Origin: Crocosphaera subtropica ATCC 51142 | GTDB lineage: Bacteria > Cyanobacteriota > Cyanobacteriia > Cyanobacteriales > Microcystaceae | Direction: 5' to 3' | DNA: 32,000 nucleotides | Assembly (NCBI RefSeq): GCF_000017845.1 | Contig: NC_010547.1 | Coordinates: forward strand, 270,001 to 302,000 | Shown here: positions 1 to 8,220 of the stretch, piece by piece | Numbering within the stretch: the stretch's first letter is position 1 | Layout: each line of letters opens with the position of its first letter | Position numbers and translations under genes: made by a program | Notes under the pieces: generated by a model | Databases searched by the model: none | What the model saw: the letters and a program-made list of their open reading frames with translations, nothing else | Told to the model about the DNA's origin: nothing

Positions 1-1
1 T

Positions 2-460
2 AATGAAGTCGAATCAACAATTTTGGAAATTTTTGATAAGCTTGGACAAAATTGGTATTCTTTTACTTGTAATCGATTAAATTTACTTAACTTACCTAAT
101 GATCTTTTAACCGCTTTGCGAGAAGGAAAAATAGCTTATACTAAAGCTAAAACCATTGCCAAGCTCAAAAATTCTGAACAACGAGAACTAATTTTATCCC
201 AGGCGATCGCTAACCAATGGAGTCAACGAAAAATAGCTCAAAAAGTTAAAGAAATTCTAGCCCAAAGAACAGAAGAAAAAACAAAAACCCTTACGCCTAG
301 TGGCCAAGTAGACAATTTAAGTAAACGAATTAAACAAGCTAAACTATGGGAAAGAAAAGATATTTGGAAAAAAGTAAAAACTCGATTGAAATATATTGAG
401 GATGTTCTTGATTCCCTTGAAGACGAAACCAACATTGTTAGCCAAGAAAGTTCTAAGTAG
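2..460 (+). CDS. ParB/Spo0J-like DNA-binding protein, C-terminal part (5' end lies outside the window)
   Basis: The frame is open from the window edge, and the listed ORF merely begins at an internal TTG at 23. The segment LPNDLLTALREGKIAYTKAKTIAKL...QWSQRKIAQKV resembles the helix-turn-helix core of ParB-family partition proteins. The tail is Lys-rich. Confidence 0.6.
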   Translation, partial: NEVESTILEIFDKLGQNWYSFTCNRLNLLNLPNDLLTALREGKIAYTKAKTIAKLKNSEQRELILSQAIANQWSQRKIAQKVKEILAQRTEEKTKTLTPSGQVDNLSKRIKQAKLWERKDIWKKVKTRLKYIEDVLDSLEDETNIVSQESSK

Positions 461-515
461 AAAAAAAAAACTCTCCACTTGTCTTCATAAAAAGTACGAT
501 TTTAAACTTTAAGAA

Positions 516-537
516 GGGATAAAAATTTGTTTATCCC
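516..537. terminator. Hairpin between the convergent ParB-like and xseB genes, possibly a bidirectional terminator
   Basis: gggataaa (516-523) pairs perfectly with tttatccc (530-537) around a 6-nt loop. It lies in the 80-nt gap between two convergent stop codons. Confidence 0.4.
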
Positions 538-540
538 CTT

Positions 541-768
541 TCAAAATTCTTCTTCAAAATCTTCTAGGGTTTCTATTAGTAATTCCATTTTTTCCATCCC
601 CTGGTTAAGAAATTGCTCACATTGATTGACTTGTTCTACAGCTAGTTCAAACTCTTCAAAAACGGTTTCTAAAGGTAAATTCCCTGATTCTATTTTGTTG
701 ATCATTTCTTCTACAGAGGAAATTGCTGTTTCATAATTCCAATCATTGGGTGCGCTGGTAGAGTCCAT
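541..768 (-). CDS. xseB: Exodeoxyribonuclease VII small subunit
   Basis: The 75-aa protein contains ISSVEEMINKIESGNLPLETVFEEFELAVEQVNQCEQFL, typical of XseB (LESGxLPLE helix hairpin). It starts 2 nt downstream of the xseA stop. Confidence 0.85.
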   Translation of the reverse strand: MDSTSAPNDWNYETAISSVEEMINKIESGNLPLETVFEEFELAVEQVNQCEQFLNQGMEKMELLIETLEDFEEEF

Positions 769-770
769 AA

Positions 771-1922
771 CTATGACAAAATTTCGGTGACTTTTACTTT
801 GATCTTTCCTTGGGGTAATTGTATCGTTAATTCTTGTCCTTCTCTTAATTGTTTACTTTCTCGGATAATCTCTCCATCGATTTGACGCACCACAGAAAAC
901 CCCCGTTCTAAAACAGCATGGGGGTCTAAAGCTTCTAATTTTTGCTTTAACATCAGGGTTCTCATCTTGGCTTCTCTGAGTGAAACTGCATTAACCGGAA
1001 GATTTTTCAGACGTTTTTTCAATGAGGCTAATTGTTCTGATTCTTGTCTGAGTCTTTGCTTGATACTAGCGAGTAGCCGATATGAGCGCTGTTGATGTTC
1101 TATTCGCAGCACTTCATAAGAGGGGACTGCCATTTCTGCTGCTGCGGTTGGGGTGTGAGCATTCACATCTGCCACTAAGTCCGCTAAGGTTTCGTCTCGT
1201 TGGTGGCCAATTCCGGTAATGACGGGAATGGAGGATTCCGAGATCGCCCTCACCACCCTTTCATCATTAAAGCAGAACAAATCTTCGACGGCTCCCCCTC
1301 CCCTGGCCAAAATAATTAATTCCGCTCTTCCATCATGGTTCACTCGTTCGATGGCTTTCACAATAGACGATGGAGCTTCTTTCCCTTGAACTGTTGCCGG
1401 GGAGAACAACACCTTTACTCCTGGATTTCTTTGGCTTAATGTTTTTTGGATATCCCCCCACGCTGCTGCGGTTGCTGCGGTAACAACTGCAATTATTTGA
1501 GGAAATGAGGGAAGCGATCGCTTAAGACTGGTGTCGAATAATCCTTCACTGGCCAACCTGTTTTTTAGCTGTTGGTAGCGTAGTGCCTGGAGTCCTTCTC
1601 CTGTGGCTAATACTTGGAATACGGTTAATTGATATTCTCCCTTTTTGGCATAAAGACGGACATTCCCCATTACTAAAATCTCTACCCCTAGTTTGGGTAA
1701 TTCAAGTAATCGATCTTTTTGCGAGTTCCACACCACACATTTGATTGTTGCTTGGCCTTTATTATCACTTAGGGTAAAAAATACACCCATTCGGTGAACA
1801 TGAAGACTCGATACTTCTCCCGTTACCCACACTTGAATTAGTTGGGGATCTTCTTCTAAGAGTAACTTAATATATTCTGTTAATCCTGCGACTGATAAGG
1901 CTGTGTCTATATTTTCATTCAT
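771..1922 (-). CDS. xseA: Exodeoxyribonuclease VII large subunit
   Basis: It has an N-terminal OB-fold signature (LSVAGLTEYIKLLLEEDPQLIQVWVTGEVSS), a catalytic core (ARGGGAVEDLFCFNDE) and a C-terminal coiled coil. I prefer the ATG at 1920-1922 because it overlaps the upstream GNAT stop as ATGA. The track ORF extends to 1958. Confidence 0.9.
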   Translation of the reverse strand: MNENIDTALSVAGLTEYIKLLLEEDPQLIQVWVTGEVSSLHVHRMGVFFTLSDNKGQATIKCVVWNSQKDRLLELPKLGVEILVMGNVRLYAKKGEYQLTVFQVLATGEGLQALRYQQLKNRLASEGLFDTSLKRSLPSFPQIIAVVTAATAAAWGDIQKTLSQRNPGVKVLFSPATVQGKEAPSSIVKAIERVNHDGRAELIILARGGGAVEDLFCFNDERVVRAISESSIPVITGIGHQRDETLADLVADVNAHTPTAAAEMAVPSYEVLRIEHQQRSYRLLASIKQRLRQESEQLASLKKRLKNLPVNAVSLREAKMRTLMLKQKLEALDPHAVLERGFSVVRQIDGEIIRESKQLREGQELTIQLPQGKIKVKVTEILS

Positions 1923-2365
1923 TTCAAAATCATAATAAATAAAGGGAGTTTTAACCACTTAGCTAAGGTCTTTGTTACCCAAAATTTTTCTGGTAACTGA
2001 GGAGAACTTGTTTCAAAATTTACCTCAATAAACCCAAATCTTTTATAAAAGTTTTTCAGCTTATTTCCTAAACATTCTAGATAAAGAGTACCAGTTCTTT
2101 CTTCTATAAGATGCTGGGTTAAATAAGTCCCTAATCCTTGATTTCGATAAGTTTTTTTCACTACAACACTTCCCAATTCTTGAGCTTTCTCAAAGCTTCT
2201 TAATTGACCACAAGCAATTATTTTTCTGTCTAATTCAATCACCCAAAATTGTTCTACTTTTAACTGGGTTGGGTCAAGAAATGCTGCCAATACTAACCAT
2301 CGAATCGCCCAGATGTCTTGGGAAATAGCTTTCCGTACATTACACTTTTCTAGCAACTCAACCAT
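1919..2365 (-). CDS. GNAT-family N-acetyltransferase
   Basis: It carries the acetyl-CoA binding motif VVVKKTYRNQGLGTYLTQHLIE (R/QxxGxG) and the tail NFYKRFGFIEV. I prefer the internal ATG (MVELLEK, 2365) because the 2398 start would overlap hicB by 26 nt. Confidence 0.75.
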   Translation of the reverse strand: MVELLEKCNVRKAISQDIWAIRWLVLAAFLDPTQLKVEQFWVIELDRKIIACGQLRSFEKAQELGSVVVKKTYRNQGLGTYLTQHLIEERTGTLYLECLGNKLKNFYKRFGFIEVNFETSSPQLPEKFWVTKTLAKWLKLPLFIMILK

Positions 2366-2372
2366 AAATTTT

Positions 2373-2690
2373 TTAAACTCCAGAAGATAATTTCTCACTC
2401 ACCCATGTGTTCAAGCTTTTTCCTTCTTGTTTAGCTTTAATAGAAATTTGTTTATGTAACTCAGGGTCAATTCTCACTACAAAACGACCTGAAAACGGTT
2501 TATCTGGTTCTTCTCCTCGTTGAGCGCAAAACTCTAAATAATCTTCTACTGATTCAATAAAAGCTTGTTTTAATTCAGAAAAGCTTTGACCTTGGAACGT
2601 TATTACATCCCTAATATTAATTACTTCACCATGAAAGATTCCTTGTTCATCATCAACCGAAACCACTGCTTCATATCCTTTATATTTCAT
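2373..2690 (-). CDS. hicB: Type II antitoxin, HicB family
   Basis: The N-terminus YEAVVSVDDEQGIFHGEVINIRDVITFQGQSFSELKQAFIESVEDYLEFC is a HicB fold. The C-terminus FSGRFVVRIDPELHKQISIKAKQEGKSLNTWV is a ribbon-helix-helix. It overlaps hicA by 11 nt. Confidence 0.85.
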   Translation of the reverse strand: MKYKGYEAVVSVDDEQGIFHGEVINIRDVITFQGQSFSELKQAFIESVEDYLEFCAQRGEEPDKPFSGRFVVRIDPELHKQISIKAKQEGKSLNTWVSEKLSSGV

Positions 2691-2949
2691 CAGCTTTTAC
2701 TCCTGCTTCAGTTAAAAATCGTCTCATTGATCCCACTGCCCCCTTATCCGTTTGAGGTTGGGGGTGGGGACGGTGAAAAACTGCTCTAACTCCATTGAGA
2801 GCTACCCTCACTCTCGAGCCTCTTCCTTCGGATATTTCCGCTCCCAACGCTAATAGTAAGGACTCAATATCTTTCCAGGATATGTCTGAGCGCACTGGTT
2901 GCTCAAAAAGCTTAGAGAGCGTTTTTTGTTGTTTTTTGTTTAGTGCCAT
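2680..2949 (-). CDS. hicA: Type II toxin, HicA family mRNA interferase
   Basis: The 89-aa protein contains KTLSKLFEQPVRSDISWKDIESLLLALGAEISEGRGSRVRVALNGVRAVFHRPHP, the long-form HicA pattern as I remember it. It lies immediately upstream of hicB. Confidence 0.8.
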   Translation of the reverse strand: MALNKKQQKTLSKLFEQPVRSDISWKDIESLLLALGAEISEGRGSRVRVALNGVRAVFHRPHPQPQTDKGAVGSMRRFLTEAGVKADEI

Positions 2950-2952
2950 TTC

Positions 2953-2983
2953 TCAAATAGTATCACTAATCGATACTATTTGA
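2953..2983 (-). promoter_or_regulatory. Perfect 12-bp inverted repeat directly upstream of hicA, a candidate operator and promoter
   Basis: tcaaatagtatc (2953-2964) and gatactatttga (2972-2983) are exact reverse complements separated by 7 nt. The repeat begins 4 nt upstream of the hicA start. Confidence 0.45.
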
Positions 2984-2999
2984 CCCCCCGTGGAGTAGT

Positions 3000-4229
3000 T
3001 TACGCACAGATTGTTTCCAAAACCCTTAGAGTTTCTTCTTCATGAAGAGTTAAATGGAGTGGATTCATCCTTCTCAATGATTCCAGTAGTTGCTTAATTC
3101 TTCTGGTTATATTTCCCCCTAATTTCGGTTGATTCCCCGACAACAACAGCGCCGGATTATGCAACCAGCGATCGCCTATGTGGACATACACCATCGTCGT
3201 TTTCGGGTCGGTGTGTCCCAGTAGATCCTGCACTTGTTCTAAGGTTGCCCCTGCTCTCAAGGCCAGTGTTGCTGCCGTGTGTCTCAACGAGTGTGCGCTT
3301 AACTTCCTGGGTTTGGGTTTATACTTTGAGAGGTTATGCGCTTTTTTGCTCTTGCCTGTGGTGGGCAAGTTTTTCTTTTCTTGGCTCCCAGTCAGCTTTT
3401 TGGGGTTTTGAGGACGAGGTAATTCTTTCAGCCCGATCGCATTCAGATATTTGTCGACAATGCGGCGAAAGGAGCGCCGGCTCAAGGGTTTCCACATCTT
3501 TTTATTGTTACGGGCCACAGAGAGGAACAACGGGGTTGATTCGGTTATGAGTTCCCCTGCTTTTCTTCTGGCTCGCAAGTAACACCGTAATAACTTGGCT
3601 AAATCGGGGGTTAACGGCACGACCCTTGTATGGCGTTTGGATGATACTCTTAATCCCACGTTTTTCCCATCTCTGACAATATTCCCGACACAAACGCGAT
3701 GTAAATCCGCCGTGCGAAAGCCTTGCAAGACCATTGCTGAGACCAAGAAGCGATCGCGTAAAGCATGGACGGTATTCTCAGCAGGAAGGCTATCGAGTAA
3801 CCGAGACATTTCCTCACTTTGGAGGTAATTGATGGTGGCGGCTGGATCTTTAACTTCTGTGGGGGGGCGAAGGCGAAGGGCTGGATTGAAGCTGATGTAT
3901 TCGTTTTCAAGGAGAGCGTCGTAAAAGCGACGAAGGACAGCGAGTTTCAATGAAATCGTAGCGGTTTGATATTGTTGCTCTTTGACTAACCAACGACGGA
4001 AGCGTTTGAGGTTGGCGAAAGTAGCTTCAATGGGATTGAGGGTATTAGTTTGGCACCAGTGGACAAATTGCTTGAGGTGGCAAAGGTAGGTTCTTACGGT
4101 GTCGTCGGCTGCTCGTCCGTTCCCCACATCGGTGTTGAGAAAGTCATCGAAGAAGTTGAGGATTTGGGTATCTGAGATGAGGATGGTTTTGGCCGAGTGG
4201 GTAGAAACGAGGTTAGACATAGGAGCCAC
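3000..4229 (-). CDS. Tyrosine site-specific recombinase (phage-integrase family)
   Basis: It has an N-terminal core-binding (SAM-like) region and a C-terminal catalytic domain with LSAHSLRHTAATLALRAGATLEQVQDLLGHTDPKTTMVYVH (HxxR ... H ... Y). A Lys/Pro-rich insert precedes box II. Confidence 0.85.
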   Translation of the reverse strand: MAPMSNLVSTHSAKTILISDTQILNFFDDFLNTDVGNGRAADDTVRTYLCHLKQFVHWCQTNTLNPIEATFANLKRFRRWLVKEQQYQTATISLKLAVLRRFYDALLENEYISFNPALRLRPPTEVKDPAATINYLQSEEMSRLLDSLPAENTVHALRDRFLVSAMVLQGFRTADLHRVCVGNIVRDGKNVGLRVSSKRHTRVVPLTPDLAKLLRCYLRARRKAGELITESTPLFLSVARNNKKMWKPLSRRSFRRIVDKYLNAIGLKELPRPQNPKKLTGSQEKKNLPTTGKSKKAHNLSKYKPKPRKLSAHSLRHTAATLALRAGATLEQVQDLLGHTDPKTTMVYVHIGDRWLHNPALLLSGNQPKLGGNITRRIKQLLESLRRMNPLHLTLHEEETLRVLETICA

Positions 4230-4287
4230 TAGGGGGGGATGATAAAAAAGCCGAGAGCCTCACACAGAGATAATTGTAGCAGGAAGA

Positions 4288-4317
4288 AGAGTCCGAAAAG
4301 AATTATTCTCGGACTCT
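4288..4317 (-). terminator. Hairpin downstream of the 4376..5215 gene
   Basis: agagtccga (4288-4296) pairs with tcggactct (4309-4317) around a 12-nt loop. It is T-rich on both sides. Confidence 0.3.
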
Positions 4318-4375
4318 TTTAATGGTTTCGATGCCAAAGACAACAATTCGTTGTCGTTTAGTATAAAAATATTGA

Positions 4376-5215
4376 TTAGGAATAAACTTTTTCCACTAGC
4401 TGTAGCATTTCCTCTTCCAAGGGAGTCAGATAAGGCCGATCAATCTTACCCAGTAACCGTAACACTCCTTTGGCCGTCTTTTCTAACTCAGTTTTTTGTA
4501 GTCGCTGAATTCTACCATGAAGTTTTTGGATGGCTTGACAATCTTCTTCGGTATATTCTAATTCTCGCAAGAACTCAATCTCTATTCCTTCTAATTCTGT
4601 ATCCCAAATTTGTAGATCACAAGTGGTTTTTGTTAGTGCTGTAACAATTCCCCAACAACCATTTTTCCCTTTTAATTCAGGGTTATCTTGAGCAACAATA
4701 CCCACCACTTCCCCTAACTCAAAGGGATTATCCTCATCTCCCCTGGTCATTTCCCGTACCACTTTTTTAACGATGTGGTGACGAGGAACTTTACCATCAG
4801 AAATCGCTACTGCTTTGTCCCATGCTTCCACTTGTAGAGGTGGTTTCTTCAATACGCCCAACGGTCTAACCTGAAATTCGCTCTTTGGGAGAACTTCACA
4901 ACCACTGGCTTCTAGATTCTCGTAGATGGTGGCGGCTACGATTAAATAGTCTGACTTTTGACGAGAATGACCAAACGTTTCCTGACAATACACCGCAAAA
5001 CTAGGATGAGTATCACGATATAACTTTTTATCCCTTAGTTCCCGTAAGGCTTTTCCTGCAGCCCACACAGCACCAACAACAATCGCTTCCAACCTTTGCT
5101 TTTCAGAAAGTTCTGCTGCACTTAAAGGTTTAAACTCATCATCTAATCTTAGTCCTCTATTTTCATCGGATATCACTTCAACATCAATGGTTCGTGGAGC
5201 CTGAGACTGAGCCAA
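4376..5215 (-). CDS. Hypothetical protein, possibly a ParB/KorB-like HTH DNA-binding protein
   Basis: This is a long ORF with a TTG start and no in-frame ATG upstream. The segment ALRELRDKKLYRDTHPSFAVYCQETFGHSRQKSDYLIVAATIYENL resembles plasmid and phage HTH proteins of the DUF3102/ParB type. This comparison is from memory only. Confidence 0.5.
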   Translation of the reverse strand: MAQSQAPRTIDVEVISDENRGLRLDDEFKPLSAAELSEKQRLEAIVVGAVWAAGKALRELRDKKLYRDTHPSFAVYCQETFGHSRQKSDYLIVAATIYENLEASGCEVLPKSEFQVRPLGVLKKPPLQVEAWDKAVAISDGKVPRHHIVKKVVREMTRGDEDNPFELGEVVGIVAQDNPELKGKNGCWGIVTALTKTTCDLQIWDTELEGIEIEFLRELEYTEEDCQAIQKLHGRIQRLQKTELEKTAKGVLRLLGKIDRPYLTPLEEEMLQLVEKVYS

Positions 5216-5503
5216 TAAGCTTTCAAAATCCGCTTCCGTAAAATCGTCTTGTGCTGAACTGCGTCTTGGTCGATATCTTGCTATGGTGAATTTCCTCCTA
5301 TTTCCCTTCTCATTAAGTTTATTTTACTGTTCAGGTAGAAACTTTAATAATAAAAAAAAGGTAACAAATAGTAACAACCTCTGTGAGCAAAATTACGGAA
5401 GCTTTTTCCTTATATTTTTGAAAAACCCGAAGGTTCCAGGTATTAATTCTCAAAAACTTCTTAGTAAACTAGAATCACTTAAGTAGTTAAATTTAAAATA
5501 ACC

Positions 5504-5704
5504 ATGTGTGATATTTCTTTCATCAAAGAACAACGACTACAATTAGGTCTTTCTCTTGAACAAGTTGCCAATTTAAGTGGTCTTGATTTAGGTTATTTAT
5601 CAAGACTTGAACAAAACTCCCTTCAATCATATGATCCATTACCCACTATTAGTTTTCTACAACAATTACATCAAAAACTTTTCAATGATAACAGTCAATA
5701 CTAA
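5504..5704 (+). CDS. Small XRE-family helix-turn-helix regulator
   Basis: The 66-aa protein contains RLQLGLSLEQVANLSGLDLGYLSRLEQN, which fits the Cro/C1 HTH pattern. Confidence 0.55.
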   Translation: MCDISFIKEQRLQLGLSLEQVANLSGLDLGYLSRLEQNSLQSYDPLPTISFLQQLHQKLFNDNSQY

Positions 5705-5747
5705 ATATCATCAAGTTCCTTTTTAGAGTTAATTGAAGAAAAAATAA

Positions 5748-7664
5748 CTAAATTATTATAGTCCAAATTGTTACTTCTTCTAAAGTTTTAACTTTAATTT
5801 GATAATTGTTAATCGTCCACTCTAATGCTGTTATTTCTTGAGGAGTATAAGAATAAGTTATCTGAATTTCAAACATTTTATTTGCATCTTTTTCAGAACT
5901 CTGAAAAAATATTTTTACTTTTTCACTAGCTTCAGAATTATCAGCAATGTCTAGAACTTCATCAATCATTTTATGTAAAAACTTTAATAATAATTTGGAA
6001 TCGAGGGAAATTGACCAGTTATCTAATTGAAAATAACATTGAGTCTTTGAGTCCCAATCATAGAGATCGTAAAAAATTTGGCGAAGATTTCCGACAACAA
6101 TTTCTGGAATTAGTTGGTCAAGGGTTCTCTGACTTTTTGTAACATTTAAACCTTCGAGATCAAAACTATCAATATCCATTCCAGGAAGACTTCGACTCAA
6201 GAAAGCCCCAAACATTTTAATTTTTTCATCCGCTTCATTGATAGTTACTTGTTGAACCAAACTTAAAGAATTTTCCAGCTTCCTATAAACAGATTGCTCT
6301 TCAATTAGGGTTTCCATTTCAAGCAATACAGCTTTAATTAGTTTTTGATAAAGACTTTTAAAGTTAATAAGAAATTGGTAATCATCAAGGAGATTTCTAG
6401 CAATATGACTACAAAAAGCAGCAAATTCCTGATAAATTTTGGCCTTTTCAACTCTCGTTTCTAACTTGGCATTAATTTGAGAAATTTTCTCTAATTGCTC
6501 TTTTTGATTTTTCTCGTATTGAACCACAGAAAGAATCAAACAATTACTCAAAAAAGCTACCAGACAAGGGACAATAGGCAACCACCAGCCTTTGAGAAAT
6601 AACCCATAGCTAGAAAAAATAAGAAGGAAACTAACGCCTGAAACCAATAACGTTCTAGCTATTAGGGGAAACCGAAGCATACTGGCTCCTATTAATCCCC
6701 ACAGTATAATCACTAAAGAAATCCAAGGTTCTTGAACAAATTTTATAATTGGCCTTCCGTTTAACGTGGCACTGAGAATAAAACTAGCAGTTTGTGCGTG
6801 AGATGCTACCCCAGGTAAGGATGTCGGGGAACCTTCTATATTGGAGTTGAATGGTAGAAAGACTCGATCTTTCAAACTTGGTGCTGTGGCACCGATAAGA
6901 ACGATTTTTCTTCTAACTTGAGATAATTTAAAATCTTGTCTTAAAACTTCAGCAAAAGAATATTCTTGAAATTGAGATTTACGCCAGTTGGGGACAATTT
7001 GGTATCCTCTATCATCGACACGAACATAAGGACTGTGCCATTGATGAACAGGATCAAAGGTTATGCCATTGAGTCGAAGCCATTTACTATTATTATCGGG
7101 GAGAATTCCCTTATCGGCTAAATATTCTCTAGCAACTGCCCATCCGAGGTTGGGAATCGGAGGGTCAGTTTGAGCATAGAGAAAACTTCGTCTTTTTACC
7201 CCATCACCATCTAAGATTGCCGATACATCAGCAATTTTAGACTCCTGAATCGGTGGGGGTGGTAAAGGCGCAAAATTAGGATCTTCTTGACTTCCGGTTA
7301 CTTTAGCTGAGGCAAAGACTTGATCATATTTTTGGAAAATAGCCAGAAACTCCTCACGCCCTGGAGGTTCTGGAATATCTCTGAGAAAATCAATTCCCAC
7401 TACAGCAGGTTCTGCTTTTTGTAGTTTCTCAACTACTTGAGCCAGCATTTTATCCGAGGGTCGAATACGCTTAAAATGGTAAATGTCACTTTCTTGCCAC
7501 CCCACAATAACAATCCTAGGATCTGGGGCATCCCGACGTTTTAATTGAAAAAAAATATCCATTGTTGAAAGTTCGGCTGATTGCCATCCTCCCATTAGTC
7601 GGATTAAACACACAACAAGAGGTAAGATTGAAATTTTAAGACTTTGACGAAAACGTTTATTCAC
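5748..7664 (-). CDS. CHASE2-domain membrane sensor with a degenerate histidine-kinase-like C-terminus
   Basis: The CHASE2 signature is LMGGWQSAELSTMDIFFQLKRRDAPDPRIVIVGWQESDI ... IVLIGATAPSLKDRVFLPF. About three TM helices and a coiled coil follow. An H-box-like EFAAFCSHIARNLL is present, but there are no G1/G2 ATP-lid motifs. The start is ambiguous: the track ATG at 7733 overlaps DUF928 by 77 nt, whereas the GTG at 7664 gives an 8-nt overlap. Confidence 0.8.
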   Translation of the reverse strand: MNKRFRQSLKISILPLVVCLIRLMGGWQSAELSTMDIFFQLKRRDAPDPRIVIVGWQESDIYHFKRIRPSDKMLAQVVEKLQKAEPAVVGIDFLRDIPEPPGREEFLAIFQKYDQVFASAKVTGSQEDPNFAPLPPPPIQESKIADVSAILDGDGVKRRSFLYAQTDPPIPNLGWAVAREYLADKGILPDNNSKWLRLNGITFDPVHQWHSPYVRVDDRGYQIVPNWRKSQFQEYSFAEVLRQDFKLSQVRRKIVLIGATAPSLKDRVFLPFNSNIEGSPTSLPGVASHAQTASFILSATLNGRPIIKFVQEPWISLVIILWGLIGASMLRFPLIARTLLVSGVSFLLIFSSYGLFLKGWWLPIVPCLVAFLSNCLILSVVQYEKNQKEQLEKISQINAKLETRVEKAKIYQEFAAFCSHIARNLLDDYQFLINFKSLYQKLIKAVLLEMETLIEEQSVYRKLENSLSLVQQVTINEADEKIKMFGAFLSRSLPGMDIDSFDLEGLNVTKSQRTLDQLIPEIVVGNLRQIFYDLYDWDSKTQCYFQLDNWSISLDSKLLLKFLHKMIDEVLDIADNSEASEKVKIFFQSSEKDANKMFEIQITYSYTPQEITALEWTINNYQIKVKTLEEVTIWTIII

Positions 7665-8220
7665 TAGGGAATGGCGATATAGTAATAAAATTATTATCAG
7701 AAAGTTTTTGATAATTTTGTACCCAATGATCATAAGGGGTTTTTTCAGAACCAGAAACGATAATATTTTGTTTTAACCTCACTCCTTTGAGAGATGAACC
7801 CTGGCACGGAATAGAAGCTCTAATGATATATTCCTGGTTTCTATTTAGTTCAGGAAGTTGATAATTTAAACGCCCTTCAGTTAAGATAATACGTTGATTT
7901 TGTCCAATAATTGTTCTGTTGTCTTTGGTGGTTATGGTAATTTTTATCTTCTGTGGTTTTCTCAATTGAGCAACTTCAAGAACAACAAAAGGTTGTTCTT
8001 GACTGGTATTTATATTATCTGTTTGGGCAACCCCGATCAAGGACAATTGTGGTAAATAATTGGGGCAACCTCTTGAAGTTTCCCCTTGGGTATTTTCAGG
8101 AGATTCTTCTTTTGGCGGTTCCCAAGCTGTTGCTTTAGGCATATTCAAGTTGCTCAAACTTAGAAATACTATCAGGTTGATAAAAAAGTTTTTCGATAAA
8201 ATCAAACCCATAAATATCAT
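7657..8220 (-). CDS. DUF928-like exported protein
   Basis: It has a signal-peptide-like N-terminus. PPKEESPENTQGETSRGC follows, then a beta-rich body ending in a second Cys (IRASIPCQG). This matches my memory of the DUF928 pattern (PP..G.P....G.sRG.C). Confidence 0.65.
   Translation of the reverse strand: MIFMGLILSKNFFINLIVFLSLSNLNMPKATAWEPPKEESPENTQGETSRGCPNYLPQLSLIGVAQTDNINTSQEQPFVVLEVAQLRKPQKIKITITTKDNRTIIGQNQRIILTEGRLNYQLPELNRNQEYIIRASIPCQGSSLKGVRLKQNIIVSGSEKTPYDHWVQNYQKLSDNNFITISPFPSE

Noticed and set aside
1923-1958. Longer xseA start (MVKTPFIYYDFE...)
   Set aside because: It overlaps the GNAT gene. The ATG at 1920-1922 forms an ATGA stop/start overlap and leads straight into the conserved XseA N-terminus.
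3178-3910. Several ORFs on both strands inside the integrase gene
   Set aside because: They are nested in a gene with clear tyrosine-recombinase motifs. They are products of locally higher GC and low-complexity sequence.
5283-5486. 67-aa ORF in the intergenic region between the 4376..5215 gene and the XRE gene
   Set aside because: It is a low-complexity, AT-rich translation (poly-K/N) with no RBS. The region is more likely a divergent promoter.
7665-7733. ATG-initiated extension of the CHASE2 ORF
   Set aside because: It would overlap the 3' end of DUF928 by 77 nt. The GTG at 7664 gives a conventional 8-nt overlap and a typical basic N-terminus before the first TM helix. The choice remains ambiguous.
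8060-8218. N-terminal 53-codon extension of the CHAT ORF as given in the ORF track
   Set aside because: It lies entirely inside the DUF928 coding sequence on the other strand. Its peptide has no signal or TPR character, whereas the ATG at 8219 opens a hydrophobic leader.
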